From: an uncultured Candidatus Saccharibacteria bacterium
GTDB taxonomy: Bacteria; Patescibacteriota; Dojkabacteria; GCA-002793355
Length of the DNA stretch: 64,000 nucleotides
NCBI GenBank assembly: GCA_964525295.1
Contig: CAZGEO010000002.1
Coordinates: 258,551-322,550, forward strand
Reading direction: 5' to 3'
Part shown: piece by piece, positions 1-8,064 of the stretch
How positions within the stretch are numbered: position 1 is the stretch's first letter
How the letters are laid out: every line of letters starts with the position of its first letter
Notes under the pieces: generated by a model
Seen by the model: the letters and a program-made list of their open reading frames with translations, nothing else
Told to the model about the DNA's origin: nothing
The model's database searches: none
Program-made: the position numbers and the translations under genes

Positions 1-335
1 TAATTCCCTTCAGGTAATGAAGTTGTTGAAATACTACCGAGGTCAATATCTCCTGAAGAATCTGCTGTTGCTGTAAAAGTTACTAAAGGGAGTAAGCTTC
101 CTGGTGCGCGAATTTCAATTATAACTGGTACTGTGTCGTTACCAACTGGGGGAATGCGAGCTTCAGGCTTTATTGATAGTTGTACAAAATGTGGCACTTC
201 TGAGGTAATCGTAACAGTTTCTGACAATACTTCTCCTTTTTTGTATGCTAACCAGAGTAAAACTCCGAGTGTTAGAAGCGAAAGAAGTATAGTGACAACG
301 ATTACTAATTTTTGAACTCGATTCAGAATCTGCAC
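1..335 (-). CDS. Partial CDS running off the window edge. Putative signal-anchored secreted or surface protein (one TM helix, then a beta-rich Thr/Ser-rich domain). GTG start; not in the ORF track.
   Basis: My own translation of the minus strand: VQILNRVQKLVIVVTILLSLLTLGVLLWLAYKKGEVLSETVTITSEVPHF...TFTATADSSGDIDLGSISTTSLPEG with no stop before position 1. Same strand as, and immediately downstream of, the surface-protein gene. Confidence 0.3.
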   Translation of the reverse strand, partial: MQILNRVQKLVIVVTILLSLLTLGVLLWLAYKKGEVLSETVTITSEVPHFVQLSIKPEARIPPVGNDTVPVIIEIRAPGSLLPLVTFTATADSSGDIDLGSISTTSLPEGN

Positions 336-408
336 GTAACAATATAGCAGGAATTGCCAAATTTTTGAATCGAACAGAGTTACGTTCTAACTATAGTAAT
401 CTGTGTGC

Positions 409-1356
409 TTACGACTTTTTGTAAGTTTTTACGAGCCAAATTGTTCCTGATGATGCAGCAAAGCCAAGAATTGCAAGGATTACTGCGCCAACTGCAAGGA
501 ATCTGCCGTAGACGGTATTAAGTGCAGCAGCTAATTCTCCAGAAGAATTTGGTAATCCTGAGGCGTTTCTGCTTGAACTACGACCTGAAGTTACGGTTCC
601 AGTTGCGAAAGTTGTAGAAACTTGGGCGCTTTCGGTTTTATTTCCGGCTTTGTCGGTAATTACGACAACCATTTTGTTTTCACCTTTATTAAGCTGAACT
701 TTGACTGAGAAGTTGTTATCTTTATCGGTTTCTCCGGTAACTTCTTTGTCGTTGATTTTTATAGTTACACTTGTTGGTTCTGAGGTGCTTCCTTGAATAG
801 TGTATTCATTTGAAGATACAGTTTTTGGTGGAGTAACAAGTTTAAGATTTGGTGCGGTCTTGTCATAAGTTGTTGATACTGTGTTACTTTCATCGCTGGT
901 TACCACTTTAAAGAATACTCTTTTTTGTGCTTTCGCTTTAAATGTTGCTAACCCTTCGTTTTTTAGTTCCACAACAACTTTGAAATTGCCTTCTTTATCG
1001 GCGGTTGTTGACGCGATGCCTGATTCTGTTGGAATTTCGATCGTCGCACCTTTCACTGCAGTACCTTCAATCACTACATTAGCTTGTGAGGTGTATTCTG
1101 GTAAATTCTTAAGTACTGGAGCATCTACGGTAAATACTGGGGTATTGCCAATAATTCGTGCAACAAAATAGGTAAAAAGTCCACAAAGGCTGAGAAGAAT
1201 GATAATGAAAATAACGGTTGCAACATTGACGGTATCATTTTTGGCAACTGCAGTATTCTGTTTTGTTGTCATTGGTTGGGGTGGCGCGGGTGGGGTTGTT
1301 GGCTTAACGGGGGTAGATTTGTTATTATCTTGGGCTGGAGCCGATACTGTTGGCAT
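409..1356 (-). CDS. Cell-surface protein: N-terminal signal/anchor helix, tandem beta-rich (Ig-like) modules, and a C-terminal sortase-type sorting signal (LPNSSG, then a hydrophobic stretch, then a KTYKKS tail). Likely sortase substrate.
   Basis: Tripartite C-terminal sorting-signal architecture read in the translation. Divergent from the sortase gene. The real start may be the internal Met (MTTKQ, about 1272), which gives a typical signal peptide. Confidence 0.6.
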   Translation of the reverse strand: MPTVSAPAQDNNKSTPVKPTTPPAPPQPMTTKQNTAVAKNDTVNVATVIFIIILLSLCGLFTYFVARIIGNTPVFTVDAPVLKNLPEYTSQANVVIEGTAVKGATIEIPTESGIASTTADKEGNFKVVVELKNEGLATFKAKAQKRVFFKVVTSDESNTVSTTYDKTAPNLKLVTPPKTVSSNEYTIQGSTSEPTSVTIKINDKEVTGETDKDNNFSVKVQLNKGENKMVVVITDKAGNKTESAQVSTTFATGTVTSGRSSSRNASGLPNSSGELAAALNTVYGRFLAVGAVILAILGFAASSGTIWLVKTYKKS

Positions 1357-1425
1357 AGCAACATATTAAAATTTATGATTGCGATTATAGTATAATAAAA
1401 AAGGATATAACGCAAGCAATATTGT

Positions 1426-2091
1426 ATGAAGAAGTGGCTAAGAAAAATACTAGTAGGAGTGCCGATTATTTTAATAATCTGTTTGGTAGGTTTTCTTTTT
1501 CGTAGTGATCTTGAGATACTTCTGTATCAGATTGGAGTTTCAACTAGAATTATCTCTGCAGATTCTTCGCAGGTAAATGTATTTGCAGACTCAGCAGAAA
1601 AAAAGATAACAGAAGGTTACGTAGAGTATCTTTCGGGTGAGCAGCAAGAAGAGGTGATTACCTATCCTTCATTGCCATCTGTACGTGCTCGTTTGAGAAT
1701 CGATCGCGTAAAAATTGATGGTCCTTTGGTAGAAGGGCAGGATGAATCTGCAATGAATAATGGTTTTTGGCATTATCCGTCGGTTTCTCCTTATGACAAA
1801 AAGGGAAATTCAATAATTATTGGTCATCGTTATTTAAAGCTACCTCCGCATAAAGATACATTTTATAACCTAGATAAAGTTAAAGCTGGAGACATTGTCA
1901 TAATAGATTCATTATTTGGTACAGTGAAGTATAAAGTTAGAACAGTTTGGTTAATTAACGCAACAGAGGTTTCGGTGTTAGAACAAACAGAGAATGCGCA
2001 ATTAACATTAATCACCTGCCATCCTCTATGGACGTCTAAACAAAGACTCGTTATAATTGCAGATCAAATTGAACGCAATATAAAGGAATAA
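1426..2091 (+). CDS. Sortase (transpeptidase)
   Basis: Catalytic TLxTC motif (TLITCHP), conserved His (IIGHRYL) and an N-terminal membrane anchor. Confidence 0.8.
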   Translation: MKKWLRKILVGVPIILIICLVGFLFRSDLEILLYQIGVSTRIISADSSQVNVFADSAEKKITEGYVEYLSGEQQEEVITYPSLPSVRARLRIDRVKIDGPLVEGQDESAMNNGFWHYPSVSPYDKKGNSIIIGHRYLKLPPHKDTFYNLDKVKAGDIVIIDSLFGTVKYKVRTVWLINATEVSVLEQTENAQLTLITCHPLWTSKQRLVIIADQIERNIKE

Positions 2092-3197
2092 TGAAAAATT
2101 CGAAAGATCTGCATGCGAAGATAATGTATTCGTATCAAGGAATTGTAAATAATAACGGTGGAAGTGCTCTTCGATACGCAGTTGCAATGCTTGGGTTGCC
2201 TTTTATAAAATCATTGATCCAACTATTGCCTGGAATCGATAACTCAATTCTAAAAAATTCATCTGGTGCTCAGGCTGCAGTAGAGATTGTTCCCGCATTT
2301 TGGGGAGTCTTCAATGGACATTGGGAATTACGCGAACGAAGAGTCGAGTTATTAAAAAATTTGGGTGTAACAATTCATGCATTGCATGCTCCTTATGTTG
2401 ACGATGGCAAACCGTTTCAACCTTCGCGGAAATCATATTTAGAAAATACTCTAGATCTTACGAAATATGATTCCTCAACGTTATTTTGTTTGTATTCGCA
2501 CATAAATCTTTTCGAGCAAATAACCCCTAAAAATGAGGAAAAGGTACTTATTGTTCACCCTCTTGCAAATGATCCAACAAAAAGTGAAGCAACAATAATT
2601 CACGAAATATCGAAAACTGTAAGAAAGGTATTGCCAGAATTGCGTGATCAAAATATTCGTTTAGTAATCGAAAATATGCCTTGGCTTAAGAAGAAGCACG
2701 AACGTTACACAACATTTATGGGCGATGCATTATTTTTTGAGAAATTAATGAATGAAGTAAACGATCCGAATTACGGGGTAATATTTGACTGGGGACATGC
2801 CAATTCTTATGCTCGCTTTATGTATGATCATGGCATTACTCATCAAGAACATCAATTTACGGTCGAGACGTTGCAGCACTTTGAGTATCAGAATTATTTT
2901 GTGACTAAACTTCGAGAAAAACTTTATTACGCACATATTCACTTTAACCTTGCGCATGATCTTGCGGCGCGTGCTCCAATGCTATTCAAGAATTATGATT
3001 CTCATCACGATCTGACCCACATCTCAGAAGAGGAATATCCATTTTATAAAAAGAATATGCAAGAAATTGTTGTTGCACCTCATTTAGTAGGAATGACAAT
3101 TGAATCAATTCCATCGTTTTTTAATCGAAAAAAACGGATACAAAGATACAAAGATAGTGTTGAAATCCTCAATTCTATGCTACAATCCAAAAGTTAA
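2091..3197 (+). CDS. Xylose isomerase-like TIM-barrel protein (sugar phosphate isomerase/epimerase / AP-endonuclease-2 fold)
   Basis: VIENMPW and FDWGHAN metal-site-like motifs. The start overlaps the sortase stop, suggesting co-transcription. Confidence 0.45.
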   Translation: MKNSKDLHAKIMYSYQGIVNNNGGSALRYAVAMLGLPFIKSLIQLLPGIDNSILKNSSGAQAAVEIVPAFWGVFNGHWELRERRVELLKNLGVTIHALHAPYVDDGKPFQPSRKSYLENTLDLTKYDSSTLFCLYSHINLFEQITPKNEEKVLIVHPLANDPTKSEATIIHEISKTVRKVLPELRDQNIRLVIENMPWLKKKHERYTTFMGDALFFEKLMNEVNDPNYGVIFDWGHANSYARFMYDHGITHQEHQFTVETLQHFEYQNYFVTKLREKLYYAHIHFNLAHDLAARAPMLFKNYDSHHDLTHISEEEYPFYKKNMQEIVVAPHLVGMTIESIPSFFNRKKRIQRYKDSVEILNSMLQSKS

Positions 3198-3220
3198 ATA
3201 AGTAAAATTCCATTATCACT

Positions 3221-4336
3221 ATGGCACAATTATTAGAACCAGGCGCGCAAAAATTGATTTCTTCAAAGAGGGTAGTCAAGCACGAAGATACAATCTATGA
3301 ATACGAAATTACTGTTAATGGCGCAGTACAGAAAGAAGTATATGAAAAGCTATTTGCAGCAAAAGCAAAAGAAGTAGAAGTCAAAGGATTTCGCAAGGGT
3401 GAAGCTCCACGAAATATTGTTGAACCTCAAATTTATGGAGATGTTTCAAAAGAGATGATTAATTTGATGATCAACTATTCAGTTGAAGAATTACTTACCG
3501 AAGAGAAGATCATTGCAATTACAACACCAGATGTCTTAGACGCAAAATTTACTATGGTAGAAAGCCCTTTGGTGTTCACATTGAAAATAGATCGATTGCC
3601 AGATTATAAACTGCCAGACATGAAAAAATTCCAAGTAAAAGAACCAAAAATTGAAGTTTCAGAAGAAGACATTAAAACAGCAAAAGAGAATCTTTGGAAA
3701 GAATGGGAGAAGAAAGCAAAAGAAGAAGATAAGAAGGAATATGCAGAACTTTCTGATGCTTGGGTAGAGAACCAAATGAAAATTCCAAATGTTAAAACTG
3801 TAGCACAATTAGAAGTTCTTCTTCGTGAAGAATTGGAACATGCGAAATTACATCAAGAGCAAGACAAAGTGGTATCTGATACTCTTGAAAAAGTAATTTC
3901 TACAGTTGGCATCAAAGTTCCAGCGTATGCAGTTGAGAAAAGTGTTGAAGCAAATAAAAAGGCTCAAGAAGAACAAATGAAGCAGTATGGCATTACCTTT
4001 GCCGATTATCTTAAGCACTATAACAAAACAGAAGAAGAGTATACGAAAGAAGTCTCAGAGCAATCAGAGAAGCGATTCAGAGAAGATGTTTTCTGGACAT
4101 TGTTCATTAAAGATCGTGGCATTAAGATTAATCCACAAGATCCAAAAGATATTGTGTATATCAACTATGCAGCATCGGCAATGAGAATTAAACCAGATGA
4201 GAAGCTTTCGCAGCGACAAGTTGATGTGATTTTGCAAACTGCAGCAATGTACAAAGCTGTTCAGCAATTCCGTGACGAAATTGGTTTGAAAGCTCACGAA
4301 GAACCAGAGATTGCTGTTGGAGAAAACAAGGCGTAA
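3221..4336 (+). CDS. tig: Trigger factor (short form)
   Basis: GFRKGEAP ribosome-binding signature. Classic tig-clpP neighbourhood. Confidence 0.75.
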   Translation: MAQLLEPGAQKLISSKRVVKHEDTIYEYEITVNGAVQKEVYEKLFAAKAKEVEVKGFRKGEAPRNIVEPQIYGDVSKEMINLMINYSVEELLTEEKIIAITTPDVLDAKFTMVESPLVFTLKIDRLPDYKLPDMKKFQVKEPKIEVSEEDIKTAKENLWKEWEKKAKEEDKKEYAELSDAWVENQMKIPNVKTVAQLEVLLREELEHAKLHQEQDKVVSDTLEKVISTVGIKVPAYAVEKSVEANKKAQEEQMKQYGITFADYLKHYNKTEEEYTKEVSEQSEKRFREDVFWTLFIKDRGIKINPQDPKDIVYINYAASAMRIKPDEKLSQRQVDVILQTAAMYKAVQQFRDEIGLKAHEEPEIAVGENKA

Positions 4337-4385
4337 AGTAATTATTAATTATTAATTATCAGTGGTAGGTAGGAATTGATTTCTT

Positions 4386-4394
4386 TGCTATAAT
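4386..4394 (+). promoter_or_regulatory. Extended -10 element TGcTATAAT upstream of tRNA-Arg
   Basis: TG-n-TATAAT read directly in the sequence, 58 nt before the tRNA 5' end. Confidence 0.35.
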
Positions 4395-4451
4395 CATTAA
4401 TAATTACGAATTGATAATTAGCAAGCAATGAATATCGGCATGCCCGTTTTG

Positions 4452-4525
4452 GTCCCAGTAGCTCAATTGGATAGAGCAGTCCCGTCCTAAGGGAAAGGTT
4501 GTGAGTTCGACTCTCGCCTGGGGCA
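4452..4525 (+). tRNA. tRNA-Arg (anticodon CCT); CCA not encoded
   Basis: Manual cloverleaf. 7-bp acceptor stem (one G-U pair), D-arm gctc/gagc, anticodon loop gtCCTaa, T-arm gtgag-ttcgact-ctcgc, discriminator A. Confidence 0.85.
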
Positions 4526-4532
4526 GTTTGTT
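4508..4532 (+). repeat. Direct repeat copy 1 (25 nt, cgactctcgcctggggcagtttgtt). Spans the tRNA-Arg T-loop and 3' acceptor end plus 7 nt of flank.
   Basis: Exact 25/25 identity with 4762..4786. Confidence 0.7.
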
Positions 4533-4761
4533 GCTACCACTCGGGCTGAAAAATATTTTTTCAGCTTATCCTCATTCCCGCACCAAAGCTGGCCCAGGGA
4601 AATCCAAAGCAGATATAAATGCGAGTCGAAACTCAAACGAGACAACAACAATTTGTTGTCGAGAGAAGAGTGGGGCTGCGCCTAACAACCGCTGAAAATT
4701 CAAGGTGCAATTTCAGTGATGAATCAACAACGGAAGATGAATCCTGAAATTGGTGGGTAGC

Positions 4762-4786
4762 CGACTCTCGCCTGGGGCAGTTTGTT
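4762..4786 (+). repeat. Direct repeat copy 2, an att-like duplicate of the tRNA-Arg 3' end. The upstream arm is a degenerate T-arm.
   Basis: Exact 25-nt match. The preceding approximately 12 nt resemble the tRNA T-stem but are diverged. The stop codon of the 4785..5531 minus-strand gene lies inside the repeat. Confidence 0.7.
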
Positions 4787-5531
4787 AGAAGCTATCTGGT
4801 TCGTGAAGACTATCTTCTGGACGTTTTTTGGTTATTTTTCTTTGTCTACCTGGAGCAGTACCGACCCCAGTCATCATCTTTCCGACTCTTCCTTGCGCAT
4901 GTTCTTTTCGGCGACTGGCACCCTCAAGTTCAATGGTAATTGCCGTAATAGTTTCGCCGTTCTTTAACCGTTCGAGCACTTCATTATCATCGCCAGAGTC
5001 AGATTGTAACCAAAAATCGCCGTCAAATAACTCTTGTGGAAGTCGTTTAATATTTTTAATTGAACGCTTTGGGAAGGTATCGGTACGAAATGTAATAATA
5101 ATGAAATCGAGTGTGTTAGTCAGTTTGATTTTAATACGTGGAGATTTTGTAGCATCTTGCGGTGGAAGATATTCCATGATCTCAATATCCGCTTCAGGGG
5201 CTCTTGTGTATCTGTTTAAAAGATATGTTGCAGCATGTATTGGACCAGCAGATGTGTTAAAAAGATTGTGCATATGAAAAGATACGTAAATTCGTTCAAG
5301 TTGTTGCATTGGATTATTTTGGGGGGTGAAAAAAGTTTTATCAGAAGCATCGCTTACGATACCTAAATCTTCAAGAATCTTTCTTTTTGCTGAATGAAGC
5401 CATTTTGTTTGTTTTTTCCACTCGTTATTACTATATTGTGCCGCTTTTGGCTGTGGATTGACATATTTTTTTGTGCAATCAATACTTTCAAGTTTTTTGG
5501 GTTCAAGTGCATTTAGATTGTGCATATACAA
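4785..5531 (-). CDS. Hypothetical protein (248 aa) with a basic Gly/Arg-rich C-terminal tail
   Basis: Long ORF with a coding-like composition. No motif I can assign. No tyrosine-recombinase R-H-R-Y pattern. Confidence 0.5.
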   Translation of the reverse strand: MYMHNLNALEPKKLESIDCTKKYVNPQPKAAQYSNNEWKKQTKWLHSAKRKILEDLGIVSDASDKTFFTPQNNPMQQLERIYVSFHMHNLFNTSAGPIHAATYLLNRYTRAPEADIEIMEYLPPQDATKSPRIKIKLTNTLDFIIITFRTDTFPKRSIKNIKRLPQELFDGDFWLQSDSGDDNEVLERLKNGETITAITIELEGASRRKEHAQGRVGKMMTGVGTAPGRQRKITKKRPEDSLHEPDSF

Positions 5532-5593
5532 TTATATCGTATACGAAGTGTAAAAATTAAATTACGCTCAAAAGAACATCTAGAATTCAAATT

Positions 5594-5602
5594 TGCTATA
5601 AT
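5594..5602 (+). promoter_or_regulatory. Extended -10 (TGcTATAAT) 5 nt upstream of the clpP ATG, implying a leaderless clpP mRNA
   Basis: Read directly in the sequence. Confidence 0.4.
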
Positions 5603-5607
5603 TCACT

Positions 5608-6207
5608 ATGAAACCAATGTCAAATCTAGTAATTCCAACAGTATTCGAAACCGATCGTAGCGGAAACCGCACCTATTACGATATATATTCACGTCTCTTA
5701 AAAGACAGAATAATTTTTCTGAACGGACCCGTAAATGACCAGGTCGCAAATCTTTTGATTGCGCAGATGGTTTTTCTTGAAAAAGAAAATCCAAAAGAAG
5801 ATATTCAACTTTACATTCAAAGCCCTGGTGGTTCTGTTGCTGCAGGTTTAGCATTATACGATGCAATGCAGTATCTGAAACCGGATGTTGTCACAATTGG
5901 AATGGGAAGTATCGCATCAATGGCATCATTATTGCTTTCAGCAGGAACAAAAGGCAAGAGATTTATGTTGCCTCATGCAAGAATTATGATTCATCAAGTT
6001 AGAGTTTCTGGAATGCCAGGAATGACGGCGACCGAATTGATGATAGAAAATAATGAGATGCAAACTAACAAGCAAATGCTTAACGACATTCTCGCAAAGC
6101 ACACCGGGCAAAAAGTACAAAAAATACAAATCGACACAGAATTAGATAAATGGATGTCGGCAAATGAAGCTGTCGAATATGGCTTAGTTGATAAAGTACT
6201 TACTTAG
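5608..6207 (+). CDS. clpP: ATP-dependent Clp protease proteolytic subunit
   Basis: Ser-His-Asp context: GMGSIASMAS, IMIHQ. Confidence 0.9.
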   Translation: MKPMSNLVIPTVFETDRSGNRTYYDIYSRLLKDRIIFLNGPVNDQVANLLIAQMVFLEKENPKEDIQLYIQSPGGSVAAGLALYDAMQYLKPDVVTIGMGSIASMASLLLSAGTKGKRFMLPHARIMIHQVRVSGMPGMTATELMIENNEMQTNKQMLNDILAKHTGQKVQKIQIDTELDKWMSANEAVEYGLVDKVLT

Positions 6208-6318
6208 GCTGTATAATTACGTATATTTATGAGTATAGAGACGAATTCTTTAATCGACGACGATTCCCATTTATTGCCGGGGCTTGTTTTCAATAATTTT
6301 CTTGGAGTATAACTATTT

Positions 6319-8064
6319 ATGCCGACTGATATTTTGAAACTAAGACATTCTGCTGCGCATTTACTTGCGATGGCTGTTGTGTCACTCTACAAAGATGCAA
6401 AAATTGGTGCTTGCGGAGTAACCGAAACTGGCTTCTATTATGATATCAATTTCAGTGAACCATTAAGCTCTGATGAATTGGTAGAAATTGAGCAAAAAAT
6501 GCAAGAGCTTTCTGAAGCCAATTTATCAATGACATCAATTTCACGTAGTAGAGAAGAAGTAATCGGCTATTATGTTCAACAAGAGCAACCGTTTAAACGC
6601 GAGACCGTTGAAGAAAGCAAGTTGAAAAAAATTGATTTGATTGCAATTGGAGATAATCAATTTGTCGATATTTGCCCCAATGGTGTTGTTCCAGCGACTT
6701 CATACGTGAAGCACTTCAATTTAACCGACGTATCTGGGGCTTATTGGAAAGGCGATGAGCTTCGCCCAATGTTGACTAGAATTACCGGTGTCTGTTTTGA
6801 TTCTGAGGCTGAACTGCAGGCGTATAACGAGTTTCAGGAAGAGCTTGCTAAACGAGACCATCGAGTTTTAGGTAAGAAGCTTGGCTATTTTGCAGTTGAT
6901 CCTGATTGGGGAACAGGTTTGGTTTTCTGGGCATCCCGTGGTAAATATGCTAAAGAAGCACTAGAAAATGAGCTCAAAGCTCAGTATAGAGGTCTTATGG
7001 CAGATTTAGTTGAATCGCCATTATTATTTACCGCAGAGGAAGTGAAAGTTGTCGATCAACCTCAGCAAGAGCAGTTAGTTGCAAAAAATTTAGCTGAAGA
7101 AGACGCGAAATGGCTTGCACTTAGGCAACAATATTTATCATCGCATTTGCGAATGTTTTCATGGAAATCAAGAAGTTATCGTGATCTTCCCTGGAGAGTT
7201 GCAGAAATTGGTAAATTAATTCGCTATGAAAAGGCAGGTGAACTTGATGGTCTTGCTCGCTCACGAGAATTTGTACAAGATTCGCTAACAATCGTTTGTT
7301 TGCGCGAGCAAATAGAACGCGAATTTGAATTACTTTTGCAGAAGTCGTTGCTGTTTTTACGAGGGTTGGGTTTGTCAGATTTCGAAATTCAATTGAAAAC
7401 GCCAGAAGCGTCGACAAAATCACAAAAACAGGATGCAGTTATGCTCTCGGGATTAGTTAAAAATGTTGCGAGAAAATTATCGGTTTCAATTCAAGAAGAA
7501 GTTGGTGAAGTTCATATTCATGAACCAGAGCTAACGATTACGGTAAAAGATTCACTACGACAGAAACATCAATTGACGAAAATACAAATTCTATTTTCAG
7601 CTCCTATCGAGTTTGGTATCACATATACAGGAAAAGATGGTGAAGAACACGCTCCAGTTGTGATCAGGTCAACATTTACCGGATCAATCGAAAGATTGAT
7701 AGCCGTATTAATTGAGCATTTTGCTGGTGCATTACCGTTATGGCTAACGCAAGAGCATTGTAGAATTATTCCTGTAACCGATAAGCAGCAATTATATGCT
7801 GAAAAAGTTCTTAAAGCCTTGCGTGATGCTGGGATAAATGGTACTCTTGATGAAGAATCAGAACCAATTGAAGGCAAGATCAAGCAAGCAGAAGAAGATA
7901 AAGTACCGTATATGCTGATTGTTGGTGAGAAAGAGCAGTCAACCAACGCAATTTCTGTTAGAATGCAAGGTAAAGGAGATATTGGTCTTCTCGATGTAGA
8001 TACCTTTATTCGAGAAATTCAGGTAGAATTAAATAATAAATCAATTAAATCAACGTTACTCTAA
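6319..8064 (+). CDS. thrS: Threonyl-tRNA synthetase, short form lacking the N-terminal TGS domain
   Basis: HSAAHLL motif of the second additional domain, class II core, and C-terminal anticodon-binding domain. Heads the thrS-infC-rpmI-rplT operon. Confidence 0.85.
   Translation: MPTDILKLRHSAAHLLAMAVVSLYKDAKIGACGVTETGFYYDINFSEPLSSDELVEIEQKMQELSEANLSMTSISRSREEVIGYYVQQEQPFKRETVEESKLKKIDLIAIGDNQFVDICPNGVVPATSYVKHFNLTDVSGAYWKGDELRPMLTRITGVCFDSEAELQAYNEFQEELAKRDHRVLGKKLGYFAVDPDWGTGLVFWASRGKYAKEALENELKAQYRGLMADLVESPLLFTAEEVKVVDQPQQEQLVAKNLAEEDAKWLALRQQYLSSHLRMFSWKSRSYRDLPWRVAEIGKLIRYEKAGELDGLARSREFVQDSLTIVCLREQIEREFELLLQKSLLFLRGLGLSDFEIQLKTPEASTKSQKQDAVMLSGLVKNVARKLSVSIQEEVGEVHIHEPELTITVKDSLRQKHQLTKIQILFSAPIEFGITYTGKDGEEHAPVVIRSTFTGSIERLIAVLIEHFAGALPLWLTQEHCRIIPVTDKQQLYAEKVLKALRDAGINGTLDEESEPIEGKIKQAEEDKVPYMLIVGEKEQSTNAISVRMQGKGDIGLLDVDTFIREIQVELNNKSIKSTLL

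Noticed and set aside
163-360. 65-aa minus-strand track ORF at the window start
   Set aside because: A different frame on the same strand gives a much longer protein-like ORF (TM plus beta-rich domain) that runs off the edge. The 65-aa frame looks like an out-of-frame artefact.
881-1171. Antisense ORFs nested inside long genes. Examples: 881..1171, 2745..2957, 7121..7423, 7569..7946, 9802..10245, 13247..13687, 14011..14927, 27635..28201, 35133..35634, 42923..43288, 46417..46782, 47564..47890, 62527..63333.
   Set aside because: All lie opposite or out of frame to well-supported genes with clear motifs. Compositions are low-complexity. They are treated as spurious.
4501-4695. 64-aa ORF starting inside tRNA-Arg and running through the hairpin-rich segment
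   Set aside because: Begins with GTG within the tRNA T-arm. Low-complexity translation. The region is better explained as tRNA plus noncoding structured DNA.
4533-4761. Possibility that the 229-bp segment is a tmRNA or an SRP (4.5S) RNA
   Set aside because: I could not find a tmRNA tag-peptide frame ending in a resume/stop context or a tRNA-Ala-like acceptor. The CAGG..GGAA..AGCAG pieces only loosely recall SRP helix 8. Left as an unassigned structured segment pending a covariance-model scan.
4828-5277. 149-aa plus-strand ORF (and 4782..4967) antisense to the 248-aa gene
   Set aside because: Fully nested antisense within a longer ORF. Cys/Ser-rich junk-like composition.
4785-5531. Integrase call for the gene adjacent to the att-like repeat
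   Set aside because: No R..HxxR..Y tyrosine-recombinase motifs or serine-recombinase N-terminal catalytic domain are readable in the translation.
6208-6318. T-box or other leader riboswitch upstream of thrS
   Set aside because: No specifier, T-box or antiterminator consensus was visible. The leader is short and AT-rich.
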